The notes beneath the pieces were generated by a model. The model saw only the letters and a list, made by a program, of their open reading frames with translations. It was not told the origin of the DNA and searched no databases. From positions 55,614,001 through 55,678,000 of the forward strand of contig OZ024742.1 of the NCBI GenBank assembly GCA_964016885.1: a stretch of 64,000 bases of DNA. The letters are read 5' to 3'. A program made the translations under genes and the position numbers. Numbering within the stretch: the first letter of the stretch is position 1; every line of letters starts with the position of its first letter. The DNA is from Eledone cirrhosa. Its lineage: Eukaryota. Below are positions 40,205-54,489 of this stretch, in pieces.

Positions 40205-40369
40205 AATTAGTATATATACCAACATATGTATACAGATGCATACTTATGCTAGCAAATATATAGGTTTAGTCTTAGTAACTTTGTAGTTCAATGCAAGGGG
40301 ATGCAGAACAATTATATGAAAGATGTAAAATAAGAGAATTATGAAAATTGACTTACTTACTAAAATTTC

Positions 40370-40450
40370 ACTCCAACTAATTAGTTTCTGTAAGGGAATA
40401 AATATAGTTACGTAACCTAATCATATAGAAACCTTACGTCATCAGGGAGT
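40370..40450 (-). ncRNA. Type-I hammerhead
   Basis: Reverse-complement homologue of 40891-40971. Confidence 0.85.
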
Positions 40451-40890
40451 CTATTCTCAGCTAAGTTCCTAGGCAATGCGTGGACACAAGGAACTCATAT
40501 AAAAATAATTCAATGGATGGAAAAAAGTGAGCGGGGACTAAATTCCAGGACATTGAAAAAATTCACCTCCTACTTGGTCAGTGGCAAATTCGAAAGAATC
40601 AATCACGTGACACTGAGGTTAATCAGTGAGGAGTGGGATGTTATTAAGACAGGGGCCTGACCACTACCATGAACCATATTAGTAATTTCGGCAAATTTTT
40701 TTACTCAACAAATAATTTGGAGATAATTATAAAGAATTAGTATATCTACCAACATAAGTATACAGATGCATACCTATGCTAGCAAATATATAGGTTTAGT
40801 CTTAGTAACTTTGGAGTTCAATGCAAGGGAATGCAGAACAATTATATGAAAGACGTAAAATAAGAGAATTATGAAAATTGACTTACTTAG

Positions 40891-40971
40891 ACTCCCTGAT
40901 GACGTAAGGTTTCTCTATAATTACGTTACGTAACCATATTTATTCCCTTACAGAAACTAATTAGTTGGAGT
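40891..40971 (+). ncRNA. Type-I hammerhead
   Basis: actcc-CTGATGA-cgtaagg...ccttaca-GAAAC TAATTA GTT-ggagt. Confidence 0.85.
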
Positions 40972-41002
40972 GAAATTTTAGTAAGTAAGACAATTTTCAT
41001 AA

Positions 41003-41331
41003 CACTCAATAACGAACACACCCTACTAGTAACCTTTGATCTCATCAATTTATATTCCAATATCCCATACAACCTAGGTATAGAGGCAATACAATTCTGG
41101 ATGGAAAATTTCCCTAGTGAACTTCCACAGCGCATCCCTAAAGAATTTGTGTTGGAGGGACTCAAATTCATATTGGAAAACAATTTCTTCGAATTCAATG
41201 CCAAACACTACAGACAGAAATCTGGGACTGCCATGGACACGAATGTGGCCCCCTCATACGCCAACCTTGACATGGGATATTTGGAAACCATTCTCTACCG
41301 CAAAGTTCTAGACAAATACGGCAACCAATAG
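41003..41331 (+). pseudogene. PLE reverse transcriptase core fragment (Penelope/Neptune-like)
   Basis: LVTFDLINLYSNIP, FILENNFFEFN..YRQ.SGTAM.T.VAPSYANL.MGYLE. Confidence 0.88.
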
Positions 41332-41525
41332 GCAATAATTATATATATAAATAGATACATAAATGCCATTGTTAAATAATAAATAAATCAACTAATACCT
41401 TAACACTTCACACAAAGTAAAACATTTCGTTTTAATCATTTTCTAACCCAGAAAAAAGAGAGAGAGAAACGAAAAAAGGGAAAAAAATATTTTTTTCTCC
41501 CGCATAATCGTCTCTTTCTCCCTGT

Positions 41526-41576
<51 letters not shown>

Positions 41577-42005
41577 AAAATGTTTAACCCCGAAAGCAGA
41601 ACTCAAGCCGTTTCGACGGCTATTTCTGGACTATTTCCTATTACACACTCTACTACCCTAAGTATTGAGTACTCTGGTGCGTTATGGTCCATCTGCTTCC
41701 TTACCACACCTCCTTCGTTATTATATACTGTATATATATATTCGGAGTTTCAGAAGATCCTGTTAAGTGTGAAAGCAGCGATACTTTGCTTAGATTTAAT
41801 GTTATTTTAATAAATATTTGCTGTACGGTTTTATATATATATATTATCCTTATCGAGCCCTCTTCGGATTTTAGTCTTCACAGTTATTATTATTACTATA
41901 TATATATATATATGTATGTATATGTATAGTGTTAGAAAGTAAAGGAAACACAAACAAGAGATAGACATTTTCCCTTCATCAGTGAAAACTATTTATTGCG
42001 TATCG

Positions 42006-42097
42006 ACCTGTTACGCGCGTTTCACAGAGTATTGGCTCAATGTGACCCGTAGGAGTTATGGACCCGAGTCCAGTATTGATCCGCTCCTCAGACTGGT
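42006..42097 (-). ncRNA. Type-I hammerhead with extended stem II
   Basis: accagt-CTGAGGA-gcgga...tctgt-GAAAC GCGC GTA-acaggt followed by AATAAA. Confidence 0.72.
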
Positions 42098-42239
42098 GAT
42101 CCGACAAAAGATATATCTTTGGTTGCTATAAATAATTTTCATGTGTAAACGAAAGTTCCTCGTTTTCTTATATTATATACATTATGCCTGTGCATAGAGG
42201 GCTTGATTTTGTTCCGACACCAGTATTTCACCGTACTAC

Positions 42240-42243
<4 letters not shown>

Positions 42244-42336
<93 letters not shown>
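42244..42336. repeat. (CT)n microsatellite
   Basis: Direct reading. Confidence 0.95.
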
Positions 42337-42337
<1 letters not shown>

Positions 42338-42394
42338 TATACACTAAAATAACAAATTAAAGTTTAGGCAAAACATCGCTGCTTTCACCCCTAT

Positions 42395-42427
<33 letters not shown>

Positions 42428-43270
42428 ATATATATATACATACGCATATATATATATATTTGTATATATGTGTGTATGTGTGCCTGTATGTGTGGGTTTG
42501 AGTACATATATTTAAGTATATATATATAATTATGTATATATATGCATATATACACCTTATTATATATAGATATTTTTCTTTCGGTCAATGACCATAAATA
42601 GTGATCTGACAAAATTGATTGCATAAGATATCACAAAGGAACACATATATGGGATATTATATTGAACATTATAAAGGAAATAACGATAATATGTGTATAC
42701 GACGTTGACACAAACTAGATGAGACCATCAAAAGAAGTGTCACAATAATGTCTATAATTTCCGGACGTATACGACCACACATAAATATTTAACGTAATGC
42801 CCCATACCAATTTCATAGAAAATACTTGTAATTAGTTAGAGGTTTTCAAAAACAGGATATAATTCTTTTGTATTATATACTTCAGTGGGATGCAGAAACT
42901 TTGGTAAATAAATCCTCCATGCCAGATTAATATCTGGTTAAATTACTTTATTTCATAAAAGACCAAATACGCATCGTATCATTTCATAGAATTTTACACA
43001 CCCTACACACACATATACGTATATAACTCGCAACGCAATTTATGTGATATATAAAGTGAAACATTTTTATTTCTATTTGTTGGTAAACTATATCATTGAT
43101 ACCCATATTTACATTCACGTACACATATAAACCTATATATTTTATATATGTATGTATCAAAGATGATTCTATCACTCTCCCTCACTTCCCTCTTTACTCT
43201 CACATTTTCTATCAAGAAACACACACATACGCACACACATACACACATATACACACTAACACATACACAC

Positions 43271-43349
<79 letters not shown>

Positions 43350-43364
43350 TATATATATATATAT

Positions 43365-43566
43365 AGAAGTGGTTACACAACAGTTAGTTCACCATAACGA
43401 GAACAATTGTTTCACCTTAGCGGATCCTCAGCTCGTAATGGGCATGGTTATACGGAACCAATGGTTCTCGGTGTGGTGAACTAACTGTTGTGTAACCACT
43501 TCTACCTAACTCGTCCCATGGACTGAGTGCTCTACCACTACGAATATCACCTTCAAGTGTTCTACC

Positions 43567-43570
<4 letters not shown>
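43365..43570. mobile_element. Miniature fold-back pLTR (family of 26104-28462) with HHR at 43392-43441 (-)
   Basis: ccattacgag-CTGAGGA-tccgctaaggt-GAAAC AATT GTT-ctcgttatgg; right arm carries the ~65 nt tail. Confidence 0.85.
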
Positions 43571-43637
<67 letters not shown>

Positions 43638-43767
43638 AAAGTTATATTTAAAATTGTTGGGTTACAACTAGTAAATATTTATAACTGATATAAAAGCACT
43701 CGACAAATATTTGGAGTATATTTACAATATTAAATAAATGGAAAACTATATTTATAAAACCATATTT

Positions 43768-43831
43768 ATTTCATTATATATATTTCGGGGATATCATATT
43801 AACAATATGCTATGCCTTCATCAGACAAAAT
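43768..43831 (-). ncRNA. Type-I hammerhead with TATATA stem III
   Basis: Reverse complement of 45902-45965. Confidence 0.8.
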
Positions 43832-44976
43832 ACAATATAAACAGTTTTATAGATAAATAGATTCGACATACCGTAATAACACCGACTTCATTTGAAGAGG
43901 TTTACGCTGGCAGTGAAAATTTTATACAGAGAGAAAGAAAGAGAGAAAAAAAAAGAAAGAAAGACAAAACGAAGAAAAGGAAGAAAAAGAAGAAAAAGAA
44001 AAAGAAGAAATGCATGGAACAAAATAGAGAGATGGAAAGATAGATAAAGCGAAGAACTTCATGTAAAGAAACAGAAAGAGATATATATATAGAGAGAGAG
44101 AGGAAATAGAGATAGATACATATATATATAGAAAATTAGGTAGTGGGAGGTCATTTTGAGTAAGTGTATCAATGATACATTTATTTATTTATTTATTTAT
44201 TTAGCTCAGGTATTAATGTAAGGGAGATATATATAGAGAGAAAAAAATATAGAGAGAGGAAAAAATAGCGAGAGAAAAAATTTAAAAATAGCCAGACATA
44301 TTCGAGGCGTAAAAAACCCTATGTTTTAATGTATTAGTATTTATAAAACTTACACTATATTGTAAATATCAGTATTCCTGAATGAGACAAGTATCCATAA
44401 TGTGTGAAAATTAATTATCTTATGTTTAGTTTTAAAAAATTCATATGTTTATGTGACAGCTACAAACATCCATGCGAATCCAACTGATTCACTCTGCAAA
44501 CTCTAAGTTCACGGAAAACATTCTCAATGTGGTATAAAAATTTGAGCGTATTATTATTCATGTCATTACTCTACAAGATTATCTATCAAGCAGAAATAGA
44601 GAGCAGATTTCAATATACTAATAAAAATATATATTATATTATAAACAAAACTAAAAATAAAAAGATAAAAATAATAATAATAAGTAAAAATATAGAATAG
44701 AAAACTAAAAAAAAATATTACGAAAGAATATTACATAATAAAAATATTACATATTAAAAATACTATGTATTAAAAAATATTACGTATTAAAAATTTACAT
44801 ATTAAAGATATTAAGAATAAAATAAAAAATAAAAAATATTATAGAATATTACAATAATAAAAAATAAAAATAAAAATAAAAATAAAAATAAAAATAAAAA
44901 TAAAAATAAACCACAAAGAACAACCCTTCAAAGTTAATTAACAATATATTGCCAAAGTAATGACATGAATAATAAT

Positions 44977-45165
44977 TGTTTCTACTTTAGGCACAAGGCC
45001 AGCAAATACCCAGTGCATTACTGGTACTTTATTTTATCGACCCCGTAAGGATGAAAGGCAAAGTCAACCTCGGCGGGACTTGAACTCAGATCGTAAAGGG
45101 AAGTAACTATGCTGGAAAGCATGGCGTCCGACCCTCTACCGATACTGCCAATCCACCGCCTTTTG
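44977..45165 (-). mobile_element. Full-length tRNA-derived SINE with 17-bp target-site duplication
   Basis: A box TGGCAGTATCGG, B box GAGTTCAAGTCC; TSD atgacatgaataataat at 44960-44976 and 45166-45182. Confidence 0.92.
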
Positions 45166-45901
45166 ATGACATGAATAATAATACGCTCAAATTGTTATAC
45201 CACATTGAGAATGTTTTCCGTGAAATTAGAGTTTGCAGAGTGAATCAGTTGGATTCGCATGGATGTTTGTAGCTGTCACATAAACATATGAATTTTTTAA
45301 AACTAAACATAAGATAATTAATTTTCACACATTATGGATACTTGTCTCATTCAGGAATACTGATATTTACAATATAGTGTAAGTTTTATAAATACTAATA
45401 CATTAAAACATAGGGTTTTTTACGCCTCGAATATGTCTGGCTATTTTTAAATTTTTTCTCTCGCTATTTTTTCCTCTCTCTATATTTTTTTCTCTATATA
45501 TATATCTCCCTTACATTAATACCTGAGCTAAATAAATAAATAAATAAATAAATGTATCATTGATACACTTACTCAAAATGACCTCCCACTACCTAATTTT
45601 CTATATATATATGTATCTATCTCTATTTCCTCTCTCTCTATATATATATATATCTCTTTCTGTTTCTTTACATGAAGTTCTTCGCTTTATCTATCTTTCC
45701 ATCTCTCTATTCTGTTCCATGCATTTCTTCTTTTTCTTTTTCTTCTTTTTCTTCCTTTTCTTCGTTTTGTCTTTCTTTCTTTTTTTTCTCTCTTTCTTTC
45801 TCTCTGTATAAAATTTTCACTGCCAGCGTAAACCTCTTCAAATGAAGTCGGTGTTATTACGGTATGTCGAATCTATTTATCTATAAAACTGTTTATATTA
45901 T

Positions 45902-45965
45902 ATTTTGTCTGATGAAGGCATAGCATATTGTTAATATGATATCCCCGAAATATATATAATGAAAT
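45902..45965 (+). ncRNA. Type-I hammerhead with TATATA stem III
   Basis: attttgt-CTGATGA-aggcatagcatatt gtt aatatgatatcccc-GAAA TATATA TA-atgaaat. Confidence 0.8.
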
Positions 45966-46004
45966 AAATATGGTTTTATAAATATAGTTTTCCATTTATT
46001 TAAT

Positions 46005-46071
<67 letters not shown>

Positions 46072-46156
46072 TGAGTGCCTTTGGTATGAGGAGCAGGAAA
46101 TCAACAGTTACTTAGTTACTCAAGACATTAGTAGACGAGGTACATATATATTAATT

Positions 46157-46241
46157 ATTTCTACTTTTGGCACAAGGCCAGCAATTATCGCAGTGCATTA
46201 CTGGTACTTTATTTTATCGACCTCGTAAGGATGAAAGGCAA
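46157..46241 (-). mobile_element. SINE 3' half
   Basis: tttctacttttggcacaaggccagc...atcgacctcgtaaggatgaaaggcaa. Confidence 0.85.
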
Positions 46242-46379
46242 TATAGAAATGACTTATTTCTACACGCTTAGATTATATTCCTAACTTTTTCATATGAATG
46301 AAACAGTTCGTCTCATGGCAGAAGTCACTTTTATGTAATACACATACACACACACATATATATATATATATGTGTGTAT

Positions 46380-46410
<31 letters not shown>

Positions 46411-46442
46411 CATATATATATATATTAATATATATATATATG

Positions 46443-46473
<31 letters not shown>

Positions 46474-46619
46474 ACACACATATATATATGTGTGTGTGTA
46501 TGTGTATTACATAAAAGTGACTTCTGCCATGAGACGAACTGTTTCATTCATATGAAAAAGTTAGGAATATAATCTAAGCGTGTAGAAATAAGTCATTTCT
46601 ATATTGCCTTTCATCCTTA
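46226..46619. repeat. ~394 bp palindrome with mirrored microsatellite core
   Basis: 46226-46350 is the reverse complement of ~46495-46619; (CA)/(TA)/(TG) blocks are symmetric about tattaata at ~46426. Confidence 0.9.
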
Positions 46620-49600
46620 TATACTTATATACATATCGTGTTTATACATTTTTGTTTCTAGTTGAGTAAGTATATGTTACTGGTATATATATAGAGAGAC
46701 TGAAATAAATTGAAACAACTGATCGTCCTGGTCATCCATTGAAACAACATTCATATCACGTCTATAATTCTATCTTCTATTACAAGTTATGAAGAAATTA
46801 TTACAACATATAAGTCTTTGGTAAATATAATGCGATATCTTTACATTAGGCCTGTTACTTCTTATTAGATAGAATCAACCAAAGCTTCCATTCTTGTCAA
46901 TACATGTCAATAAATATAATCTTTCCATACAGAAAGGAACATTTCTATTATTGTTTTTCAATGGAAATTACTAAAGATTTAACTAGATTATAGTGTTTCT
47001 ATGAATATACAGACACTGACATATACCCACTTACGCATACACACAGATACAAACCCACACACATGCACAGAGAGATGTACACGCGCGTGCGCCTATTTCA
47101 GCGCAATATACATTCTCATTCACTGACACGTCAAAAATTAGATCTATTCTGCGTATGCTTTGAGTTCTCTCATCCTTAGTGTTGGTCGTAGCTATTACCT
47201 TGTATTAACAGTTCCCGTAGGTCTCTATCCCCCTTCTCTCTGCGTGTGTCTGTGTGATTACGTGTAACACCATATCGTTTTACATAGTACATATGTAGCT
47301 GCTTAATAATTTTTCAACACATGTGTTAATGATTCAATATTATTAATTATAAATATATTTAATCCTACATTCCTTAGTTTAGATATGCTTTCATTTTTTT
47401 GCCATCTTGGCACCAATTATATCCAAAATATGGATGGTTCCCAATTTAAGCACAGGGAGAGTAGGTATGGAGTGAGGGAAAAGTCAATTAAATGGACAGT
47501 TGGTAAAATTGTTTTTTATCGTAACGGAAGGATAAAGCAAATAAATTATATCAGTAGTATTTGATATCAGAACCTAAAGTTCTGAAAGAAATTCATTAAA
47601 AAAGAAACAGTATTTCCCATAAACCGATTCAACAGTAAATTCTTTATGGCCGAATGTTTCAGGATTTTGATTCGCAATCATTATTCGCAATCATTATTCC
47701 CAGGATTGATCCCTCTGCGTTGAATTTTGGGAAAAGTGTCCTTTAACCGACCCATTGGTCGACCATACCTTGTGAGTTACACTGAGTAGACGGCATCATT
47801 TCAGAAACCCGTTAGACTGTACCTGTAAATCAAATGGTCGCGGGCTCTGTCAGGCTGAATCTTCCTGAGATTAACGTTAATGATGCACATTACGTTAAGA
47901 GTATACATTTACAAGCTGTCTTGATGGGTGAACAACTGGATCCATCATCGTATATGGTGATAGTGTTCATTTCCATGCCAGAACGTCAGCCAATACACCG
48001 CCCTTATATCCCAACACACATATACTTTCTAACATCTTCACAAGACCAACAATTTCAGGTAAGGAGAAATTCTATTTCATTGACCCTAGTACTTGACAGT
48101 TATTCATTTACTCGAGCACATCGGAAGTTTGAAAGCAATATTGACCTGGTGGGATTTGAACATAAAGAGCCGTAACTAATTGCTGCAAATTATTTTGTCC
48201 GAATGTGTTGACGATTCTGCCAAAGTTCCGCCCTATACACCATGATAATAATGCCTTAAATAATAATAAACTTTCGTACGAAATATTCGACACAATCTAT
48301 ATTTCCCTCGTTCATTCGATCTAAATAGCACAGTATTTATTTTTAAAATATTTCAAATTAAAATTATTGAAAACGTCTATTAATATGTCAGCATTTCTAA
48401 AAACATATTTGTAGAATAAATTACACATTGACTGTTATAATATTTGCGTAATTTTTTTAATTTGTTTTTGTGATGTGAAGTTTTATCATATTGTTGGTTT
48501 GAAGAATCGTAAATTAAAATGCGCCAATATAATTAAATTCCTACATACACATACATTGCTCTCGTCCATCTCTGTTTCTGATCAACATTGAGGGCATCAA
48601 GTCATTAGAATTGTTGATGCAGCAGAAAAATATATTCCAAAATTAAATTTCGAAGTTTTGCCTTCGGTATGGAAATGTTTTTCAACTCATAAAATATTAA
48701 TAATTATTTATTCAGGAAACTTTTTAGGTGAACTTAAAAACTTAAACTGGCTATCAGAAACACTGCCGAGGTGGTTACCAATTGTTTCTGTGTATGTGTA
48801 TCAACAGGATCATCGTTTGTGATGAAAGGGAATCACACACGTGTGTCTTAATGCACCTAATTACATAAAATTACAAAATACTTCCTTTGTATTGTTGCTG
48901 CAGGGGATCCGCTTTATCGAATTCAAAATCCATTGTCACTCTATAATATGAATTATTTCATGCTGCTATTATTGCCAAAAGCATTTTTGGACAACTCTAT
49001 AGAAGTTTGACAGCATTGACGCAAAAGATTGGAATATATACTACATTGATGTTTATTTGTTTTGTTTTTAGAAAATAAAATATATCGTATTTAGATAATG
49101 GAAAGTATGGCGTAAATACTTCTATCCCAATGGCATTTATTGGGTTTTGATAAAATACTAATTGCATGAGTATTTTTTGAAGAAATATTTGTAATAAGCA
49201 AAAAGAAAATATTGCTAAATGTAAAATTTGTTTTTTATTAAACTAATCATCAATATTTCAAACATCTTTTGTTCTGTAGCTTAGTCTCTAAAGCAGCACA
49301 TCATACTAGTGTCTAGCAGAGCCACGCTAGTATTTAGTCTTAGTAAGAATATTCTTTTTGTTTTGTTCTTTGATTTTTTTTTTCGGTTTTTTGAATGGTT
49401 AAATATAACAATTTGCCTTCGTTTTTCTTTCAATGAATATTTTATTTTAATGATGTGCATATCGTAGAAATTTCCAATAACATTTGTGCGTTCACTAATA
49501 AGTTGGTATTGGATAAACATTTAAAATATGTTCATCATTCATCTAAAAGTTATATTTGCGAGAGAGATTGCGTCCCATGTTTAAACTTTTATCATTCTGT

Positions 49601-50159
49601 TCAATAAGAGTGGTTGAGAGAGAGCCAGACAAATATTTAGCAGTTTTCGTTCCGGAGTTCAAATTCTACCAAGGTTAAATTGTCTGGTATCAGTACCAAT
49701 GAAATATTTCTAACTACATTCAATAGACATTCAAACACGCGCAATGGGCACACAACCTAGTTTTTAAACAATTGTAGTGCACTCGCATACACATTCAAAC
49801 ACGCGCACACACCCAATATTATGAACAATTTTAGAATCTCAAAGCATGAGCACATCATTGTTTATCCACTTAGCGTTTTGTCAAAGTCCGAGAGATTGGC
49901 TACGTATACACGATGTTTGTTGACATTTAAAAGCTGGGTATCTGTTATCTCAATTAAAATGGTAAGATCGCTCACGCATCTTCCATGGCGTGGGTTAACA
50001 AGAGCTGCGTAAAAGCCTTAGGTAAGTGGGCCTGTTCGAAAAATATATTGCAGTCTCCATTTCATGTCACAGAGAATGGCAATGGGCCTCCGACCAGTTC
50101 TAGGAGGCGTGGAATGGATGCGCAAATATTGACCATCCTGAGACCACAAAATAGGTTTA

Positions 50160-52310
50160 GAACGGAGCAAAGCTGACAATTGTAACCTGGAACTTCAAAA
50201 CTCTTACATGTAAGGAGCAGGAACCAGTGGTGGTGGCTAGAATATAAAGGCTTACTCATCAAAGTTCAGTGGCTCATCACTGTAGATTTGGATGCACAGT
50301 GAACACTCCCCTATTTAGGTGTGGCGCCAGAAATGACTGCACAGTGGAAGTGGGTATACTCACAAACACCAGGCTGTTAGAGTGCGTTACTGGACTGATT
50401 TCCATTAGGGGGAGGATTTGTCTCTTGAAGTTTACTCTGAAAGACAAGTCTCTGTGGGTGTTGTTAGTTTATGCACCAAACAAGGAATCCGTATGCAGAA
50501 ACTTCAATGATGAAGTCACTACAGCTTTAGATATCGTTAAGACTGAGTCGCATGTCAGCAGGCGCTGACCACCTGGCATGAAAAGGAATGACTGGAAGGA
50601 ATGGTGACCTTGATCTTTTATACGAATTAAGAAGACTTTAAAACTTCTGTTTTAGCAATACACTCTCTATTACGGAAACCTACTTCCAGCACAGATACAT
50701 ACATAAATATACGCGATATAAGGGGAATCAGGATCAAATAGCATTAACTGATTTTGATATTGTTTCTGATGCCTTCGAGTTTGTGCTGCATATTCGTGTT
50801 ATTTAGGGCTTGGGCTGTCAACGGATCACCATCCAGCTATCAGCAAATTCGTAACAAGAAGTCCTCCTCCACACCTGCGATCAGGAACGCATCATGGTTT
50901 CTCCTCTCCGTGCATCCTCGTAAGTTTGAGATAATAATTTGCTGATCTCATAAACTCGATCAGAACAGCATCATCTGGTGTACACGAGGTTCATCTGGGA
51001 GTGGTGGTTACTAATATCTTAGAGGCTGAGATCCTATGAGCAGTGAAAGAAGATAAATGCCAAGAAAGTCGCTGGGGAAGATTAAATGTTAGTATTACAA
51101 AGAGAAGATATGCTCTGGCTGACTCACGTGTGCCGGGTGGTCTGAATCTCTGGAAAGTCACCTAAGCAATGACAAGGGGGAATGATAATCCGAGTTCTCA
51201 AAATGGGAGACAAGAGAGATTTTTCCATTTACAAAGGGATCGCCTTCTTAAGCTTCCCCGGTATATGAACTGTCCGGCAAAGAGAAATAGGCAGATTTTC
51301 AAATCTATGCCAGCTGATGAACAGTGCGGTGTTTGCCCCGGTTGCAACACAACCGACAAAATAATCATAGTGCAGCAGGTCATCAAGAAATCGTGGGAGA
51401 AATGCCAAGATGTATATTCTTCGAAAAGGCACATGGCCTCTTCGACGGGACCTGCTGAGAAACGTTCACCAGGATGATGGGATTGATTGTCAGCTTCTTG
51501 TTGGCCTCATGTCTCTATACGAGTGATAGAATATTTGTGTTCGGATAAATGTTTCTAAATCGAAGCCATCCAATGTGTGAGTCGGACTTCACCAAGGGTG
51601 CGTATTGTAACCTCTCCTGTTAACTATTTTCACGAACAAGATTGACATGTGCAGCCAGGTTGGAAGTGATATCACGACTGGCAGATGTAAAATCAGTCTT
51701 TTCAGACGACATGGTGTTACTTAAGTAGACAAAAGGTGATCTCCGACTTGCACTCGATAGGTTTGATGCTCAGTGCTGTATGGCAGGAATGAAAATCAGT
51801 ACAAATATCTCGGGGCCTTTTTTTACGTGTGATGGAAGACAGGAGGCTGAAGTAAGTGAATGAATTGCAGGAGATTGTGTAGCAATGCAATAGCGTCAGC
51901 ATTCCTTAATCAGATTTAAGGTAGGTGCCAATTGGGTATTTCAGCCAACCCCTTCCAATGGTTATGTATCTTGGGTAATGATCTAAAAAATACGATCTCA
52001 AACACAAACTGAGGAAATGGATTTTCTCCGAGGATTTTTTAGTATAACGTTACCCGATGGAGCGTGTAGCCCTTGGATCAGAAAGTCTCTTCAGGTAGAA
52101 CAACTATTTCTCTGAATTGAAAGACCACAGCTCTGAAACTACAGGAAAGGATCATTGGACATATTTTAAGGGCGAAATCAACCAACAGGAGATCCAATGG
52201 TAGACTCCGAGTATGATGCTTAGATAATATCTATGACCTCGACTGGTCTCTCTTGGGGATCGAGTCGGATGAATAGGAGACAGTTGCTTCTCACAGGACT
52301 CGCTGGTACA
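50160..52310 (+). mobile_element. Decayed, internally deleted RTE-type LINE (EN plus RT)
   Basis: TIVTWNF, VGILT, VYAPN, EQCGVCPG.NTTD, VGLHQGCVL remnants; ends in (AGA)n(GAT)n. Confidence 0.8.
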
Positions 52311-52440
52311 AGAAGAAGAAGAAGAAGAAGAAGAAGAAGAAGAAGAAGAAGAAGAAGAAGAAGAAGAAGAAGAAGAAGAAGAAGAAGAAGAAGAAGAAGA
52401 AGAAGAAGAAGAAGAAGAAGAAGAAGAAGAAGAAGAAGAA

Positions 52441-52472
<32 letters not shown>
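52310..52472. repeat. (AGA)n-(GAT)n microsatellite (LINE tail)
   Basis: Direct reading. Confidence 0.95.
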
Positions 52473-52473
<1 letters not shown>

Positions 52474-52622
52474 AAATAGTGTTGTTGCGGTAAATAGTTA
52501 TGAAGAAAATGGCGGAAATTAATTAATGGAATTTCATAAGGATGTATCAAGTCCTCAGCCTTATGTGTTGAGAAATTACGTACATACATACATAAATTAT
52601 TACGCACACACACACACATATT

Positions 52623-52676
<54 letters not shown>

Positions 52677-52680
<4 letters not shown>

Positions 52681-52865
52681 TGTAATAAACAACATAAGAT
52701 AATTATTTCATATACCAGTGTTTTCTTGAAGACAGATGTTGTATCTGTCTTCAAGAAACCACTAGTAAATGAAATAATTATCTAATGTTGTTTATTACAT
52801 AACTAACAAGCTCTGTAACCTACATAGAGCACTCTTTTTCCTATACCTTTCCCACGGAAATACTT

Positions 52866-52870
<5 letters not shown>
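52677..52870 (+). mobile_element. Hairpin (52677-52805) plus 65 nt tail element carrying an HHR-like 3' half
   Basis: Palindrome centred on gacagatgttgtatctgtc; GAAA TAATTA TC on the long arm; GAGCACTCT in the tail. Confidence 0.7.
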
Positions 52871-52942
<72 letters not shown>

Positions 52943-54146
52943 CAAATGAAAAAACAGGGTTATCAACAGACGTTAATAACCTGTAATTTAATGCGCTCCA
53001 GGTATAAGTAGCGGGATCTTCAGAATACAGTATATAGAGAAGAAAACACAAGAAGGGTATGTTTTCAATTACGAGTGGTAGAGAACCAATAGAGTGAAGT
53101 GGATAAAGTCTACGATAAGTGTGGAAAATACAAAATTAATAAGGTAAGATAAAATGTACAGACCCACCCTTATAACTATAAAACGATTGGACAAACTCAA
53201 AGAAGAGAATGTTGCGCCATAAACAGTGTCGGTGCCATGACTTCTTTTCTCTATATACTATATATATATATATATATATAAGTTAAAACGATCGTTTCTA
53301 GATGTTGATAATACATTGTATCTATTTTCAACTATTGATCTATGTAAGTTTACAAACTATCAGATAGAGAGAAGATTTAGTTACATGCATATCACCAGCT
53401 GTTTTCAAAAGCAATAATAATTTTATTCAATAATAATTTTAAACAGAATTAGTATCATGTTCATATTTGGAGGTAGTTGAAGAACTAACGAATCAAATTG
53501 TTTTTTCCTATGGTGTTAAGATGAAAATTAATACAGTTTAGATGAGGTCATGACCCTTTGAAAGGAATGGTTGAAAGGTGTTAGTAGAAATGGGATAAAC
53601 AACTATTAGAAAAGAAGGGGATTGTCAAACTGATAGTTGAATGTATCTTGTATAGTGAATTTAAAAGGAATGTCAAAATAAATGGTGATTAGTGTTGTAT
53701 TGAGTTTTAAGGTGAATATAAATTAATGTTATGGCTAGGAAAGATAGTATATTAAAAGATGGAAATTATAATAAGATAATGAGATATAGTAATTCGATAA
53801 TATACAACTTAACCAACAGAATATAGTACGGTGTGGTAAATTGCACTCAGTATAATATAATATATTATACGCTCTAAAATATTACTAAGTATGTTTATGC
53901 ATAAACAATCAAATTCAGATAAGTACATGTTGGCATAGTTAAAACACATAAATTTCATAGTCTATAACGTGCATATATTCACACTACATATAGAGAGAGG
54001 TACAGTTATATTCATATCTAACCAAAATATACATATGTTCAAAGAGATGCAAATCTAAATACACATCCACACGCATGCATATAGTCATATATATATATCT
54101 ACACATACACATCAATACGCCCATATATACATATACATATACATAC

Positions 54147-54177
<31 letters not shown>

Positions 54178-54395
54178 CACACACACTCATACATACATAT
54201 ATATATACATGTACATACATATACACAAAAACATACATACATACATAAATACATACATACATATATACATACACATATACATATATATATATACACACTT
54301 GTGTGAGTATATGCACACTCCTCTTACGTGTGCACATACTCATATATAAACATTCATACACCTAAACTCACATATACACACACACAAACACACAC

Positions 54396-54468
<73 letters not shown>

Positions 54469-54489
54469 CATATACATACACATACACAA

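Larger units (their letters stand above)
43633..46010. mobile_element. Large inverted pLTR/3' UTR pair (~850 bp near-identical arms) with tail on the left
   Basis: 43723-44570 is the reverse complement of 44956-44976 plus 45183-46010. Confidence 0.92.

Noticed and set aside
47834-49050. Possible host exons (ORF 47834-48175, CAG|GTAAGG at ~48058, pyrimidine-CAG at ~48903)
   Set aside because: No recognisable protein similarity or consistent exon chain; needs RNA-seq.
53281-53405. Minus-strand CTGGTGA...GAAAC GATC GTT
   Set aside because: Palindromic stem III is suggestive, but the core is mutated and stem I does not pair; at best a decayed HHR.
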